A stretch of 63,791 bases of DNA, filler included, from Lama guanicoe (taxonomy: Eukaryota): assembly GCA_013239625.1 (NCBI GenBank). It is 196 parts of 196 records of this genome, joined end to end, with 100 filler letters (N's around TTAATTAATTAA, not from the genome) between each part and the next. Parts side by side here need not be neighbours in the genome. Positions count along the whole stretch, not along the records: positions 13,039 to 13,264 come from PNXV01042311.1; positions 13,365 to 13,590 come from PNXV01042312.1; positions 13,691 to 13,916 come from PNXV01042313.1; positions 14,017 to 14,242 come from PNXV01042314.1; positions 14,343 to 14,568 come from PNXV01042315.1; positions 14,669 to 14,894 come from PNXV01042316.1; positions 14,995 to 15,220 come from PNXV01042317.1; positions 15,321 to 15,546 come from PNXV01042318.1; 188 more parts are not named here. One strand, written 5' to 3'. This document shows positions 12,939-24,674 of the stretch, piece after piece. The position numbers and the translations under genes were made by a program. Under the pieces are notes generated by a model. The model did no database searches and was not told where the DNA came from. It saw only the letters and a list, made by a program, of their open reading frames with translations. The stretch's first letter is position 1. Every line of letters begins with the position of its first letter.

Positions 12939-15900
12939 NNNNNNNNNNNNNNNNNNNNNNNNNNNNNNNNNNNNNNNNNNNNTTAATTAATTAANNNNNN
13001 NNNNNNNNNNNNNNNNNNNNNNNNNNNNNNNNNNNNNNGATGACTTTTATTCTCATAAGTGAACATCATCTCAGAAAGGTGGGACTCTGTTCCATCACTC
13101 TATTTAGCTAAGCATTGTTGTTTTGAGAGAGAAATGCATGTTTAGTTTTAGTACCTCTAACATGGAACAAAGTCATGAACAGTTCAGTCTTCAACATGGC
13201 ATTGTAAATTTAGCGTGTCAACATAATAAAGCATAAATAGCCACACATAATGAAACTTGCTCTANNNNNNNNNNNNNNNNNNNNNNNNNNNNNNNNNNNN
13301 NNNNNNNNTTAATTAATTAANNNNNNNNNNNNNNNNNNNNNNNNNNNNNNNNNNNNNNNNNNNNTTTTCTAACTATCGATTGAGAATATAGAATTATATT
13401 CCCACGTTTTACCATTCTGATTCCTTTTCTGCCTCCCATGAATAACTATGATGTTGTCTAACTAATTTGTATGGCTTGGCAACTCTAGCACACCTTTTAA
13501 GTTTGTGAGAGAGCCGTCTGCATTATTTCATAAAATGGTATATTTTTAGGATGACTGCTACAGATCTTAAGATGTGGCCAGTGTCCTGGANNNNNNNNNN
13601 NNNNNNNNNNNNNNNNNNNNNNNNNNNNNNNNNNTTAATTAATTAANNNNNNNNNNNNNNNNNNNNNNNNNNNNNNNNNNNNNNNNNNNNAAATGCAGGG
13701 GGACACAAGAGAGGAGGCGCCCAGGGTGCTGGGGAAGGCAGTGCCAGGATGCAGTTGTGTGTCAGGGTGATGCCCAGGCCAGAGCAGGCTGGAAGGCTGG
13801 GAAGGAGGTCTCCCAGAAGATGAAGTTCACCAGGTGTGTCTGAGGGCACTAAGAAGAGACCAGGGGAAGACAGCTCCTGTAAGAGCGCGGAAAAGCAGAC
13901 AAACAAAACGAACCAANNNNNNNNNNNNNNNNNNNNNNNNNNNNNNNNNNNNNNNNNNNNTTAATTAATTAANNNNNNNNNNNNNNNNNNNNNNNNNNNN
14001 NNNNNNNNNNNNNNNNTACTTGGTACATTCATGCAATGATAAAACAGAAGGACAGAAAGGAGATCTCTGAGAAGAAACAGTTCAACTGAAGATAAATCTG
14101 ACATTTATTGTGTGTGTTGTTTCCACACTTCACAGTGATGAGCTTTCAGGTAGAAAATAGAGACAAATAAGACTATTTAGATATGTTAAAGGGGTTTTTC
14201 ACCCTTTACTTTTCTAAAAAGTGCCAAGTAATTTTATGGTATNNNNNNNNNNNNNNNNNNNNNNNNNNNNNNNNNNNNNNNNNNNNTTAATTAATTAANN
14301 NNNNNNNNNNNNNNNNNNNNNNNNNNNNNNNNNNNNNNNNNNGGTAGGCGGGCCCCTTTAAATCTTTGGTGAAATCCGCCCAGAGAGCAGAGCTCACTTG
14401 GAAACAAAACCTGTGTCCCTAGAGGCCCAGTGCCCTGAGGGGCAGAGCAGGACCTTCGGGCTCACTGAACATTAGCTGGCAGGGATCCAACTATCATGGC
14501 CAACTTTCTCACTTTGCACGGGAAGCAGCAAATCAGGCTCTTGTTGTGACCTTTAAAATCTGGCCTGGNNNNNNNNNNNNNNNNNNNNNNNNNNNNNNNN
14601 NNNNNNNNNNNNTTAATTAATTAANNNNNNNNNNNNNNNNNNNNNNNNNNNNNNNNNNNNNNNNNNNNAAGCATGAATCAGACATCATGTAATCTATTTA
14701 GTTCTAACATTAGTTGTGCGTAATCCCTTTCCTTGTGATAAAAAAGAAAATGAACATGCAATATACTCCCAGTACTGCAGGGCTCAAGTATATTTTTAAA
14801 ATTCGGGGCTGTCTCCTCGCGATAATCACATATGTAAACCATAAAAATATTAAATTTTATAGACATCATAGTGTTAGACACTGTTCATACTTCTNNNNNN
14901 NNNNNNNNNNNNNNNNNNNNNNNNNNNNNNNNNNNNNNTTAATTAATTAANNNNNNNNNNNNNNNNNNNNNNNNNNNNNNNNNNNNNNNNNNNNCCAATG
15001 AAGAGGTCAGCTGGATGGAGGGGGAACCTCTGAGGCTTGAAATCGTATAGAATAGCCCTTGACTGACAGAACAAAGTTAAATGGGCAAAAAGTGTCCTCA
15101 TGGTCCCCAGGCTTAGACACCAACCAGCAAGTGTGGGATGAAACAGACTGCCTGAGCCTGATGGAGGACTCGGGCCAACTGTACAGAGGTAACCTCAGGA
15201 GATTTCAATGTGCTGTGTGCNNNNNNNNNNNNNNNNNNNNNNNNNNNNNNNNNNNNNNNNNNNNTTAATTAATTAANNNNNNNNNNNNNNNNNNNNNNNN
15301 NNNNNNNNNNNNNNNNNNNNGACCGTGTCACACCTAAAAACAAAGGACATTCTTAAATGAAATAACCAGACAGTTTCAGGTTTCCCCAATCGACCCATAA
15401 ACTCCTCTTTATTTCTTTTCAGTGTCTTTGAGTCAGAATCTAAATGAGGTCTCTGCATTGAAGTTGGTCGGCTTGCCTCCCAGGTCTCTTAGTCTCCGAG
15501 CGCCCCCATCAATTTCTCTTTTTTTCCTTGCAATTAATGTGTTGAANNNNNNNNNNNNNNNNNNNNNNNNNNNNNNNNNNNNNNNNNNNNTTAATTAATT
15601 AANNNNNNNNNNNNNNNNNNNNNNNNNNNNNNNNNNNNNNNNNNNNAAAGAAGTAGGGTTGAGAATACCTTGGGGAAGGACTAAAACACAATCAGAGAGC
15701 TTAAACTGGGCCCAAAGGGATGCCACAGAAGGACTTTAATCAACAACGATTTTGCCTGACACTTCAGAGAAGGCAAGAGGCAACACTGGAAAAAAACCTG
15801 TTCTGAGAAACTGGAGGCTGAGTTTTAGTTCTGGCTCTATCACAAATTGGCTATGGGTCTCAGAACAGTCATNNNNNNNNNNNNNNNNNNNNNNNNNNNN

Positions 15901-18580
15901 NNNNNNNNNNNNNNNNTTAATTAATTAANNNNNNNNNNNNNNNNNNNNNNNNNNNNNNNNNNNNNNNNNNNNGAAGGCCCAGGCCCTGTGGAGAGAGACT
16001 CCTGGTGTGGTCCAGGAGCACCGAGAGGCGAGGGCTTGACGGCAGGAAGCAGAGCTAAGCACTCAGTCGGGGACACAGTGGGAGGGGGACGCAGAGGCCG
16101 GCTTACTCACCATCCTGTGGGCGTAGGGCGGACGTGGATTGTTCCTGCGTGAGATGAAGCCCTTGGGGCTCCTGGGAAGAGCACTGCTGGGCTCTGAGNN
16201 NNNNNNNNNNNNNNNNNNNNNNNNNNNNNNNNNNNNNNNNNNTTAATTAATTAANNNNNNNNNNNNNNNNNNNNNNNNNNNNNNNNNNNNNNNNNNNNAG
16301 ATCTATTTCCCACGCTGTTTAGTAGCCCTAGTGCCTGGAATCAAGTTCAAGCCACAGTGTCTAGTCTAACAGAAATGCAAAGAAAAACTGACATTTTCCG
16401 AGTGTTCACAGAAGACAGGGTCCAAAGAAATTCCACTCATGTGTATCAGGTGGTGTCCCATAAATATTTTCAGAAAAAAAAAATTCTGAAAATAGTTTCC
16501 CTTGGATTTGATGATTTTAGAAAANNNNNNNNNNNNNNNNNNNNNNNNNNNNNNNNNNNNNNNNNNNNTTAATTAATTAANNNNNNNNNNNNNNNNNNNN
16601 NNNNNNNNNNNNNNNNNNNNNNNNCCCAGACATCTCGTCCAGAGGGCAGAGAACACAGCCTGGGGGAGGGGGGACAGCCAAAACCCACTGCGGGGAACTT
16701 TTCAACATTGGGAGGAAACATGGTGAGGCCAGGAAGGAGTTACTACCGAAGGAAGCCGGCTGGTTTCCCGCGGGGGCCCTGGTGTCACTCAGGACCACAC
16801 TGCACAGGCTTCGTTCTGAATCCTGCTGGAGGAGGCGCAGAGCAGCACACNNNNNNNNNNNNNNNNNNNNNNNNNNNNNNNNNNNNNNNNNNNNTTAATT
16901 AATTAANNNNNNNNNNNNNNNNNNNNNNNNNNNNNNNNNNNNNNNNNNNNGCATCAACTGCTGGAAATAATAAATATCAGAAATTGACCACATCTGTGGA
17001 AGGCTATATGTTTATTTTTGGATATGTGTTATATAAATATATGTGTTAAATATGTATAAAATATTTTGATATAAACAAAAAATGTGGCAAACTGCAGAAA
17101 TATGTAGATATGAACTTCAGTAGGTAACTGGCTTCAGGAATCATTGGAGATTAATCTGTATGTAAGTGATAATTGANNNNNNNNNNNNNNNNNNNNNNNN
17201 NNNNNNNNNNNNNNNNNNNNTTAATTAATTAANNNNNNNNNNNNNNNNNNNNNNNNNNNNNNNNNNNNNNNNNNNNTTTGGTTTCCTTCAAAAGTGCAGG
17301 TGATTTATGTGGGAGGTGGTCCCAGAAGGCGCAGTGAGGAGGGGGGAGGGGCAGGTGGGAGAAAAGCCCTAAAGGATGAATCAGAGAGCAGGTCACACTG
17401 TGGGCAGTCCTGCAGGGGCCCCTCTGAGGAAGTGTTAGGATGTGCCTCAGACGTGTCCCTAAGAGGGAAACTGATTATTTATCTCTTTGTCCACCCTGTC
17501 CCNNNNNNNNNNNNNNNNNNNNNNNNNNNNNNNNNNNNNNNNNNNNTTAATTAATTAANNNNNNNNNNNNNNNNNNNNNNNNNNNNNNNNNNNNNNNNNN
17601 NNGTTGGATAGGGCGGTGAAGGATACACAGGGAGGCTGGGCACACACATCATTGTCCATAGCTGAATACTTGACCTAGTGGAGAATGGAGACAAAGCTTC
17701 ACCACCAATCAAACACCAACAGCAACAGGAAGGAGCGGACAATACTGCTGCTAACTGACACAAGCTGCAAAACTCTCCAGTGAGACTGTCCGCATCTCCC
17801 TAAGTTAGCACTCCACTGTCCTCACTACNNNNNNNNNNNNNNNNNNNNNNNNNNNNNNNNNNNNNNNNNNNNTTAATTAATTAANNNNNNNNNNNNNNNN
17901 NNNNNNNNNNNNNNNNNNNNNNNNNNNNCGTTTAGGACTTAATACTTGTATAAGATTCTATTAAAGCTACTACAAATCAGAAAAAGTATAAATATGTACA
18001 TCTCAAGTATTTCTGTCCCCCAACTTTTAATTCTAAGCCACGGAAATAATTAATACATGTTTTCCTAGCAATGGAATACCAATCTTAAAACACCACCTGG
18101 ACTTCCCTTAAAGACTAAGGTTTAGTTTTCTGATTAGCTGTACAAATGCACCACNNNNNNNNNNNNNNNNNNNNNNNNNNNNNNNNNNNNNNNNNNNNTT
18201 AATTAATTAANNNNNNNNNNNNNNNNNNNNNNNNNNNNNNNNNNNNNNNNNNNNAACCATGGGAGCCCCCTCAGCTGGCCCAGGGCAGACCAGGGCTGCC
18301 AGGGAGTTAGCGCCCCTGGAGGGAGCAGCCCCCAGCGGGTGACACCGCCTTGTGGGGTTAATGCTGAGGCTGGGCTTCGTGACCCCCTGAGCTCCCAGGG
18401 GACCTGTGCTCCGTCACACAGTCTTACTTGGTTGCCATCCCTTCCTTGTCTCCCAACTCCCCTTCTGGTGTCTCCTGCGANNNNNNNNNNNNNNNNNNNN
18501 NNNNNNNNNNNNNNNNNNNNNNNNTTAATTAATTAANNNNNNNNNNNNNNNNNNNNNNNNNNNNNNNNNNNNNNNNNNNN

Positions 18581-18790
18581 AAAAAGAAATAGAACTATTT
18601 GTTCACAGATGACATAATTGTCTATACATAAAACCCTGAAGTGTCAACATCAGAAAAATTCCTGGAACTAGAAAGAGATTACAGAAAGATTGTAGGATAT
18701 GAGGTTAACATACAAAAGGCAATTGTTTTCTTACATTCCAGCAATGAACAATTAGTTGGAAATTTAAAACATAATACAATTCACTTTGGC
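18581..18790 (+). mobile_element. L1 ORF2 reverse-transcriptase fragment, degraded
   Basis: LFTDDIIVYI (FADD catalytic motif variant), then GYEVNIQKAIVFLHSSNEQ. Confidence 0.9.
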
Positions 18791-20210
18791 AACCTTCCCC
18801 CCAAAANNNNNNNNNNNNNNNNNNNNNNNNNNNNNNNNNNNNNNNNNNNNTTAATTAATTAANNNNNNNNNNNNNNNNNNNNNNNNNNNNNNNNNNNNNN
18901 NNNNNNCTGTTCCCTAATAATAATGGAAATTGATCATTAGGTTGTTGTCAGATACGCAGTAAATCTATTCGACCAGATGGTTCTTAGCTTTGACATAACG
19001 GGCAATTAAAAAGTCTTAAAAATTTTTGAGGTTATATCTTTTCATGCTAGATCTACTGTGCTGTCTCAGAAAAATATAGAAATTTTTTTTCAAATATTAA
19101 AATTTGATTACATCCTCATTTTTTCACCTGATNNNNNNNNNNNNNNNNNNNNNNNNNNNNNNNNNNNNNNNNNNNNTTAATTAATTAANNNNNNNNNNNN
19201 NNNNNNNNNNNNNNNNNNNNNNNNNNNNNNNNGCTCTGTCACAATTTTAGTCAATTTCCTATAGAAGAACCTGTGGCAATGGTGTCCCCTTCAAAAGACA
19301 AAGGCCGAAGAAGGCATCTCTCTTGAAGGCACTGAGCCAGGTGCCACAAGGAAGCAGGCGAGACCTGACCCTGCCCGAGAGGGAAAGTGGGGTACAGATG
19401 GTGAGGGCGGGTGATGAGGAGGAGCTGAGGAAAGTACAATGCAGATCCCAAGGAAAGANNNNNNNNNNNNNNNNNNNNNNNNNNNNNNNNNNNNNNNNNN
19501 NNTTAATTAATTAANNNNNNNNNNNNNNNNNNNNNNNNNNNNNNNNNNNNNNNNNNNNGCTGGCACACTCAGAGGCTGAGAGAGGGTTGGGGGTGGATAA
19601 GAGACAGTCAGGAGTAGAACAAGCCTGGCCCAACCACACAGTGTGTTGAAGATGCAAGTGCTTCCGCCAGCGCTAACATTTGTCAAGCCCACTCGCCGTG
19701 AAGGCTCAGAGACCATGGCGGCTGCCAGCTGCAGCGGGCCCACAACTGGACCCACCCTGCCCCTGCTCCCCGCACCAGCCCCCTNNNNNNNNNNNNNNNN
19801 NNNNNNNNNNNNNNNNNNNNNNNNNNNNTTAATTAATTAANNNNNNNNNNNNNNNNNNNNNNNNNNNNNNNNNNNNNNNNNNNNGAGTTGAAGATATTCA
19901 TAGAAGTTCTGAGTTGTGAACTGGCAACGCCTACAATCTAACTAGACCTCTTGTTGAGAAAGGAAGATGCCACGGGGGACAGGACGTTGGGCAAGTGTGA
20001 GCGTCCAAAGGCGAAGAAACACGCCCAAGAGGGCACCCCCAGGTCAAGGACGGATTAGACAGCCCTAGGTGCTTACCTCAGAGGCCCTGTTTCTTCCATC
20101 CAGCCATCTGNNNNNNNNNNNNNNNNNNNNNNNNNNNNNNNNNNNNNNNNNNNNTTAATTAATTAANNNNNNNNNNNNNNNNNNNNNNNNNNNNNNNNNN
20201 NNNNNNNNNN

Positions 20211-20436
20211 TGTGTCCTTCATCCTAAAGTGGATCTCTTTTATGCAGCATATTGTAAGTTCTTGGTTCATTATCCAATCTGCCATTCTATACCTTTGGAT
20301 GGGAAGAGTTAGTGCCTTGACATTTATGGTAATTATTGATAGATGTGTGTTTACTGCCACTTTGAATTTAATTATCCAGTTTATTTGGTTTTTCCACTTT
20401 GTTACTTCCTTTTTCTTTCTCTTTCTTTCTTTCTTT
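20211..20436 (-). mobile_element. L1 ORF2 N-terminus plus A-rich inter-ORF spacer
   Basis: Minus ORF ..NTHLSIITINVKALTLPIQRYRMADWIMNQELTICCIKEIHF matches the L1 ORF2 start pattern (LNVNGLN.PIKR.R...WI..Q...ICC.QETH). Confidence 0.9.
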
Positions 20437-20574
20437 NNNNNNNNNNNNNNNNNNNNNNNNNNNNNNNNNNNNNNNNNNNNTTAATTAATTAANNNNNNNN
20501 NNNNNNNNNNNNNNNNNNNNNNNNNNNNNNNNNNNNTAGCTACCCAAATTATAATAGCTTTACTGATGTGTAGA

Positions 20575-20752
20575 CATAATGAGAAGGTAGCCATCTGCAA
20601 GCCAAGCAAAGAGATCTCAGAAGAAACCAAACCTGCTGATACCTTGATCTTGGACTTCTGGTGTCTAGAATTGTAAGAAAAAATATTTTTGTTGTTTAAG
20701 CCACTATTCAGTCTGAGGCATTTCGTTATGGCAGCTCTAGCAAACTAATACA
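20575..20752 (+). mobile_element. MaLR (MLT1-type) LTR 3' end
   Basis: gccatctgcaagccaag...accttgatcttggacttc...tgttgtttaagccac...gttatggcagctctagcaaactaataCA. Confidence 0.85.
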
Positions 20753-22166
20753 GTAAACAGTANNNNNNNNNNNNNNNNNNNNNNNNNNNNNNNNNNNNNN
20801 NNNNNNTTAATTAATTAANNNNNNNNNNNNNNNNNNNNNNNNNNNNNNNNNNNNNNNNNNNNAAAAAGGTGGAGGATGGGAACAACTTGCTGAGGTCCCA
20901 GTGAGGCAGGAAGCTCCATAAAAAGCCCGGCAGGACCCCTAGGCAGGGCCGCTGCTCTCCTCCCTAGTGTCCGGTTCCCTGGCCCAGAGGCTTTATCTCA
21001 CTTTTTGCCTCTGAAGCGGTTAACTTACACCTAGAATTTTATTGGTTCCCTGAGCTCACTTTCCTTCACTTCTGATTGGTTATTACTCNNNNNNNNNNNN
21101 NNNNNNNNNNNNNNNNNNNNNNNNNNNNNNNNTTAATTAATTAANNNNNNNNNNNNNNNNNNNNNNNNNNNNNNNNNNNNNNNNNNNNAAAAAAAACTGA
21201 TTTTGGATGATAGAAGATTGAGAGAGAAAGCATGTTCAATAACCAGGTTAAAGATTTGCCATTTGCATCTCTTGCAGGGAGTTGAGAAGAACGAACTTGG
21301 AAGTCTGTCTAAAAAGGCTGTTAGGAGCAGTTATCTACTCCTCTGACCTTCTAGAACGTCAGTGAACATAACTCCTTGATGTGTCAGGACCCACAGAAAC
21401 CCAGGAAGGAGTCANNNNNNNNNNNNNNNNNNNNNNNNNNNNNNNNNNNNNNNNNNNNTTAATTAATTAANNNNNNNNNNNNNNNNNNNNNNNNNNNNNN
21501 NNNNNNNNNNNNNNAAAATTTTGGATGCATATTTATCACGTTCAACTACGTGTTCTTGTTCTCCTTGAGATTCTGACTCATCTCCTAAGAGACGGGTGGA
21601 GGGATCCACGGGCTGGGGGGACCCTGGGACTCCAGCTGAGTCCGTGGAGTTGCTGGCAGAGGCTGATCTGAAAGGAGCACGGGGTCCCCAGCTTGTCTGG
21701 TCATTGAAAAATGTCTTTCCTTAAAATTAAAAAAAAAAAANNNNNNNNNNNNNNNNNNNNNNNNNNNNNNNNNNNNNNNNNNNNTTAATTAATTAANNNN
21801 NNNNNNNNNNNNNNNNNNNNNNNNNNNNNNNNNNNNNNNNTAATATACAGTTATTCCTTAGTTCATGGTTATTACTCTCATTGCAGTAATCATAATGTGT
21901 TGGCATTCCTCAGCCACTGCACAGCCATGGCTGCACCCCAGTTTAGCCAGCTGAATTGGATATAACTCACAACACAATCCAGGTAAAAGAACTTTTGTGC
22001 CTTGTCCAGCATGCTCGCTGCAGAAAGAATTCAAACATCTGCTATGCTGATGGTTACTTAATAGAGNNNNNNNNNNNNNNNNNNNNNNNNNNNNNNNNNN
22101 NNNNNNNNNNTTAATTAATTAANNNNNNNNNNNNNNNNNNNNNNNNNNNNNNNNNNNNNNNNNNNN

Positions 22167-22392
22167 TACTTTTAAAAAGAGAGAACTTTGGACATGGACC
22201 ACACAGAGAGGACAATGCCATGCAAGGACAGAGACAGAGTGAAGACGGCCATAAGACAAAAACTGAAGAGTCAGAGCCGCATGCCAAGGAAGGTCTGAGA
22301 CTCCCATGAGCTGGAGAAGGCAAGGAGGGAACCTGCCTCAAGACTTTGGAGGGAATACGTCCTGCCAACACCTTGATTTTGGACTTCTGGCC
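22167..22392 (+). mobile_element. MaLR (MLT1-type) LTR
   Basis: gccaaggaa...agctggagaaggcaagga...cctgccaacaccttgattttggacttctggcc. Confidence 0.85.
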
Positions 22393-22511
22393 NNNNNNNN
22401 NNNNNNNNNNNNNNNNNNNNNNNNNNNNNNNNNNNNTTAATTAATTAANNNNNNNNNNNNNNNNNNNNNNNNNNNNNNNNNNNNNNNNNNNNATACCGGT
22501 AGGTTAGGAAA

Positions 22512-22563
22512 AAGGTATCAGATTACGGTAAGCGTATAAGGTACCAGATTATAGTATGCGTAT
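22512..22563. repeat. Imperfect 26-bp tandem duplication
   Basis: aaggtatcagattacggtaagcgtat / aaggtaccagattatagtatgcgtat. Confidence 0.85.
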
Positions 22564-23796
22564 AAAGCACTCCCCTGAAACGTACTCATGGTAGAAGAGA
22601 ACAGGTACATGAAGAGCTGAATTTTTTAGCCCCGGTCTTTCCTAAGGAGGTTCAAAAACTCTTGAGAAAGATTCTTATTTTCGAAATATCTGCTTTAACA
22701 GGTCTAGGGGCAGTCCTGNNNNNNNNNNNNNNNNNNNNNNNNNNNNNNNNNNNNNNNNNNNNTTAATTAATTAANNNNNNNNNNNNNNNNNNNNNNNNNN
22801 NNNNNNNNNNNNNNNNNNTCAGGAAGCAGTTTCATGGGATGCGGTACTCAGGGTTTTCTTTGGTAGTGTTTGATTCTATGCTAACCTCATCTCAAAGGAC
22901 AGCCACCTCTTCCTGGGTCACTGCAGCTTCTTTCAGAGTCCACCTACAGGGTACATCCCACCTTCTTTTCCAGCCTGAAAGAGCAGCCCGCAAAACAGCC
23001 CAGCACCCCTACTGACCTCCAGAATCATCTCACTGTGTCCCAGGNNNNNNNNNNNNNNNNNNNNNNNNNNNNNNNNNNNNNNNNNNNNTTAATTAATTAA
23101 NNNNNNNNNNNNNNNNNNNNNNNNNNNNNNNNNNNNNNNNNNNNTTATTCATTGTTTCTAGTTTTCTTTTTGGTTTTTCACCATCAGCTCATTTTTCTTA
23201 AAACTTTGTGGAAATTCTTTAAGGCAAGTCCCTTCAGAAAGGATTTTATATTTGATTCTGTTAGGGGCTTAAGGATATCACCAATCAAAATCTTATTCTG
23301 TTTTTCTGTGTTTTTTTTTTCTCCAATGGACCACAGAAATAGTATGAATTTAGGATGGAAACCTAAATGANNNNNNNNNNNNNNNNNNNNNNNNNNNNNN
23401 NNNNNNNNNNNNNNTTAATTAATTAANNNNNNNNNNNNNNNNNNNNNNNNNNNNNNNNNNNNNNNNNNNNGATTCTAGAGCTTTGCATTTTGCATTAATT
23501 TTTTTCTGGGATGGGGCCATGGTGCGGGGGTACACCCATCAGTCACCTGCCCTAGTAACAACCCTGATAATGCGTTACCCTACGGTTCTGTAGAAGTTTT
23601 TTTTTGTGTGTGTGTTTGTACTATACTCATCTTCACAAAATCTTATACAAGAGGTAAAAAAGATATTATGTCTATTATATCACTTCTACCACTGAGNNNN
23701 NNNNNNNNNNNNNNNNNNNNNNNNNNNNNNNNNNNNNNNNTTAATTAATTAANNNNNNNNNNNNNNNNNNNNNNNNNNNNNNNNNNNNNNNNNNNN

Positions 23797-23895
23797 TGTA
23801 TGTATGTATGTATTTTAATGGAGGGACTGGGGATTGAACCCAGGCCCTCATGCATGCTAGGCATGCACTTCTACCACTGTGCTATACCTTCTCCC
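23797..23895 (-). mobile_element. tRNA-derived SINE, vic-1-like (camelid)
   Basis: Reverse complement: gggagaaggtatagcacagtggtagaagtgcatgcctagcatgcatgagggcctgggttcaatccccagtccctccattaaaa(taca)n. Pol III A box, B box (ggttcaatcc) and simple-repeat tail. Confidence 0.85.
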
Positions 23896-24448
23896 TATAA
23901 TTTTTATTTTTAATTTTAATTTCTACCTCAGAAAAACATACCCTGCTAAAGGAAACCTTTGGATAAATTGTCTCTGAGATGAAATCAGTCATTTTGTGCC
24001 AAAGAACTTCCATATGAGTGCANNNNNNNNNNNNNNNNNNNNNNNNNNNNNNNNNNNNNNNNNNNNTTAATTAATTAANNNNNNNNNNNNNNNNNNNNNN
24101 NNNNNNNNNNNNNNNNNNNNNNGTAAATTTAAATAATTTCTTGTAAGGAAGAAGAGAAAATGGAGGAATTTGGGAAAAGACTACAACATGGATAGAAGGA
24201 AAAGTCCTAAGTGGTTTCTGGTTCATCCTGGAAAGTATCAAAAGTGTTAGGATAGTTTGGAACAGGAGATAAATGACGGAACCGGCCCAGGTATCATGCT
24301 CTCTATTATGTCATCCCTGGAATCATAAAGGTCACATGATGTAGTCTCNNNNNNNNNNNNNNNNNNNNNNNNNNNNNNNNNNNNNNNNNNNNTTAATTAA
24401 TTAANNNNNNNNNNNNNNNNNNNNNNNNNNNNNNNNNNNNNNNNNNNN

Positions 24449-24674
24449 TAGAATTTTCTATATATAGCATTATGTCATCTGCAAACAGTGACAGTTACTT
24501 CTTCCTTTCCAGTTTGAATTCCTTTTATTTTCTAATTGCTGTGGCTAGGACTTCCAGTACTATCTTGAATAAAATTCTTGAGAGTGAGCATCCTTGTCTT
24601 GTTCCTGACCTTAGAGGAAACGCTTTCTGCTTTTCACCGTAGAGATGATGTTAGCTGTGGGCCTGTCGTATATG
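24449..24674 (-). mobile_element. L1 ORF2 RT fragment
   Basis: Minus strand gives [10 protein letters not shown]...[10 protein letters not shown]...[10 protein letters not shown]...SLFADDIMLYIEN. Confidence 0.93.

Noticed and set aside
16105..16185. Minus-strand exon with cag| acceptor and |gtgagt donor
   Set aside because: The plus strand resembles degraded L2 sequence and no peptide is recognisable, so the splice motifs are probably incidental.
19705..19730. Kozak-like ATGs on both strands around CCATGG
   Set aside because: The palindrome gives this automatically, and neither peptide is recognisable.
23820..23895. tRNA-Ala gene
   Set aside because: The acceptor stem is degenerate and there is a simple-repeat tail, which fits a SINE.
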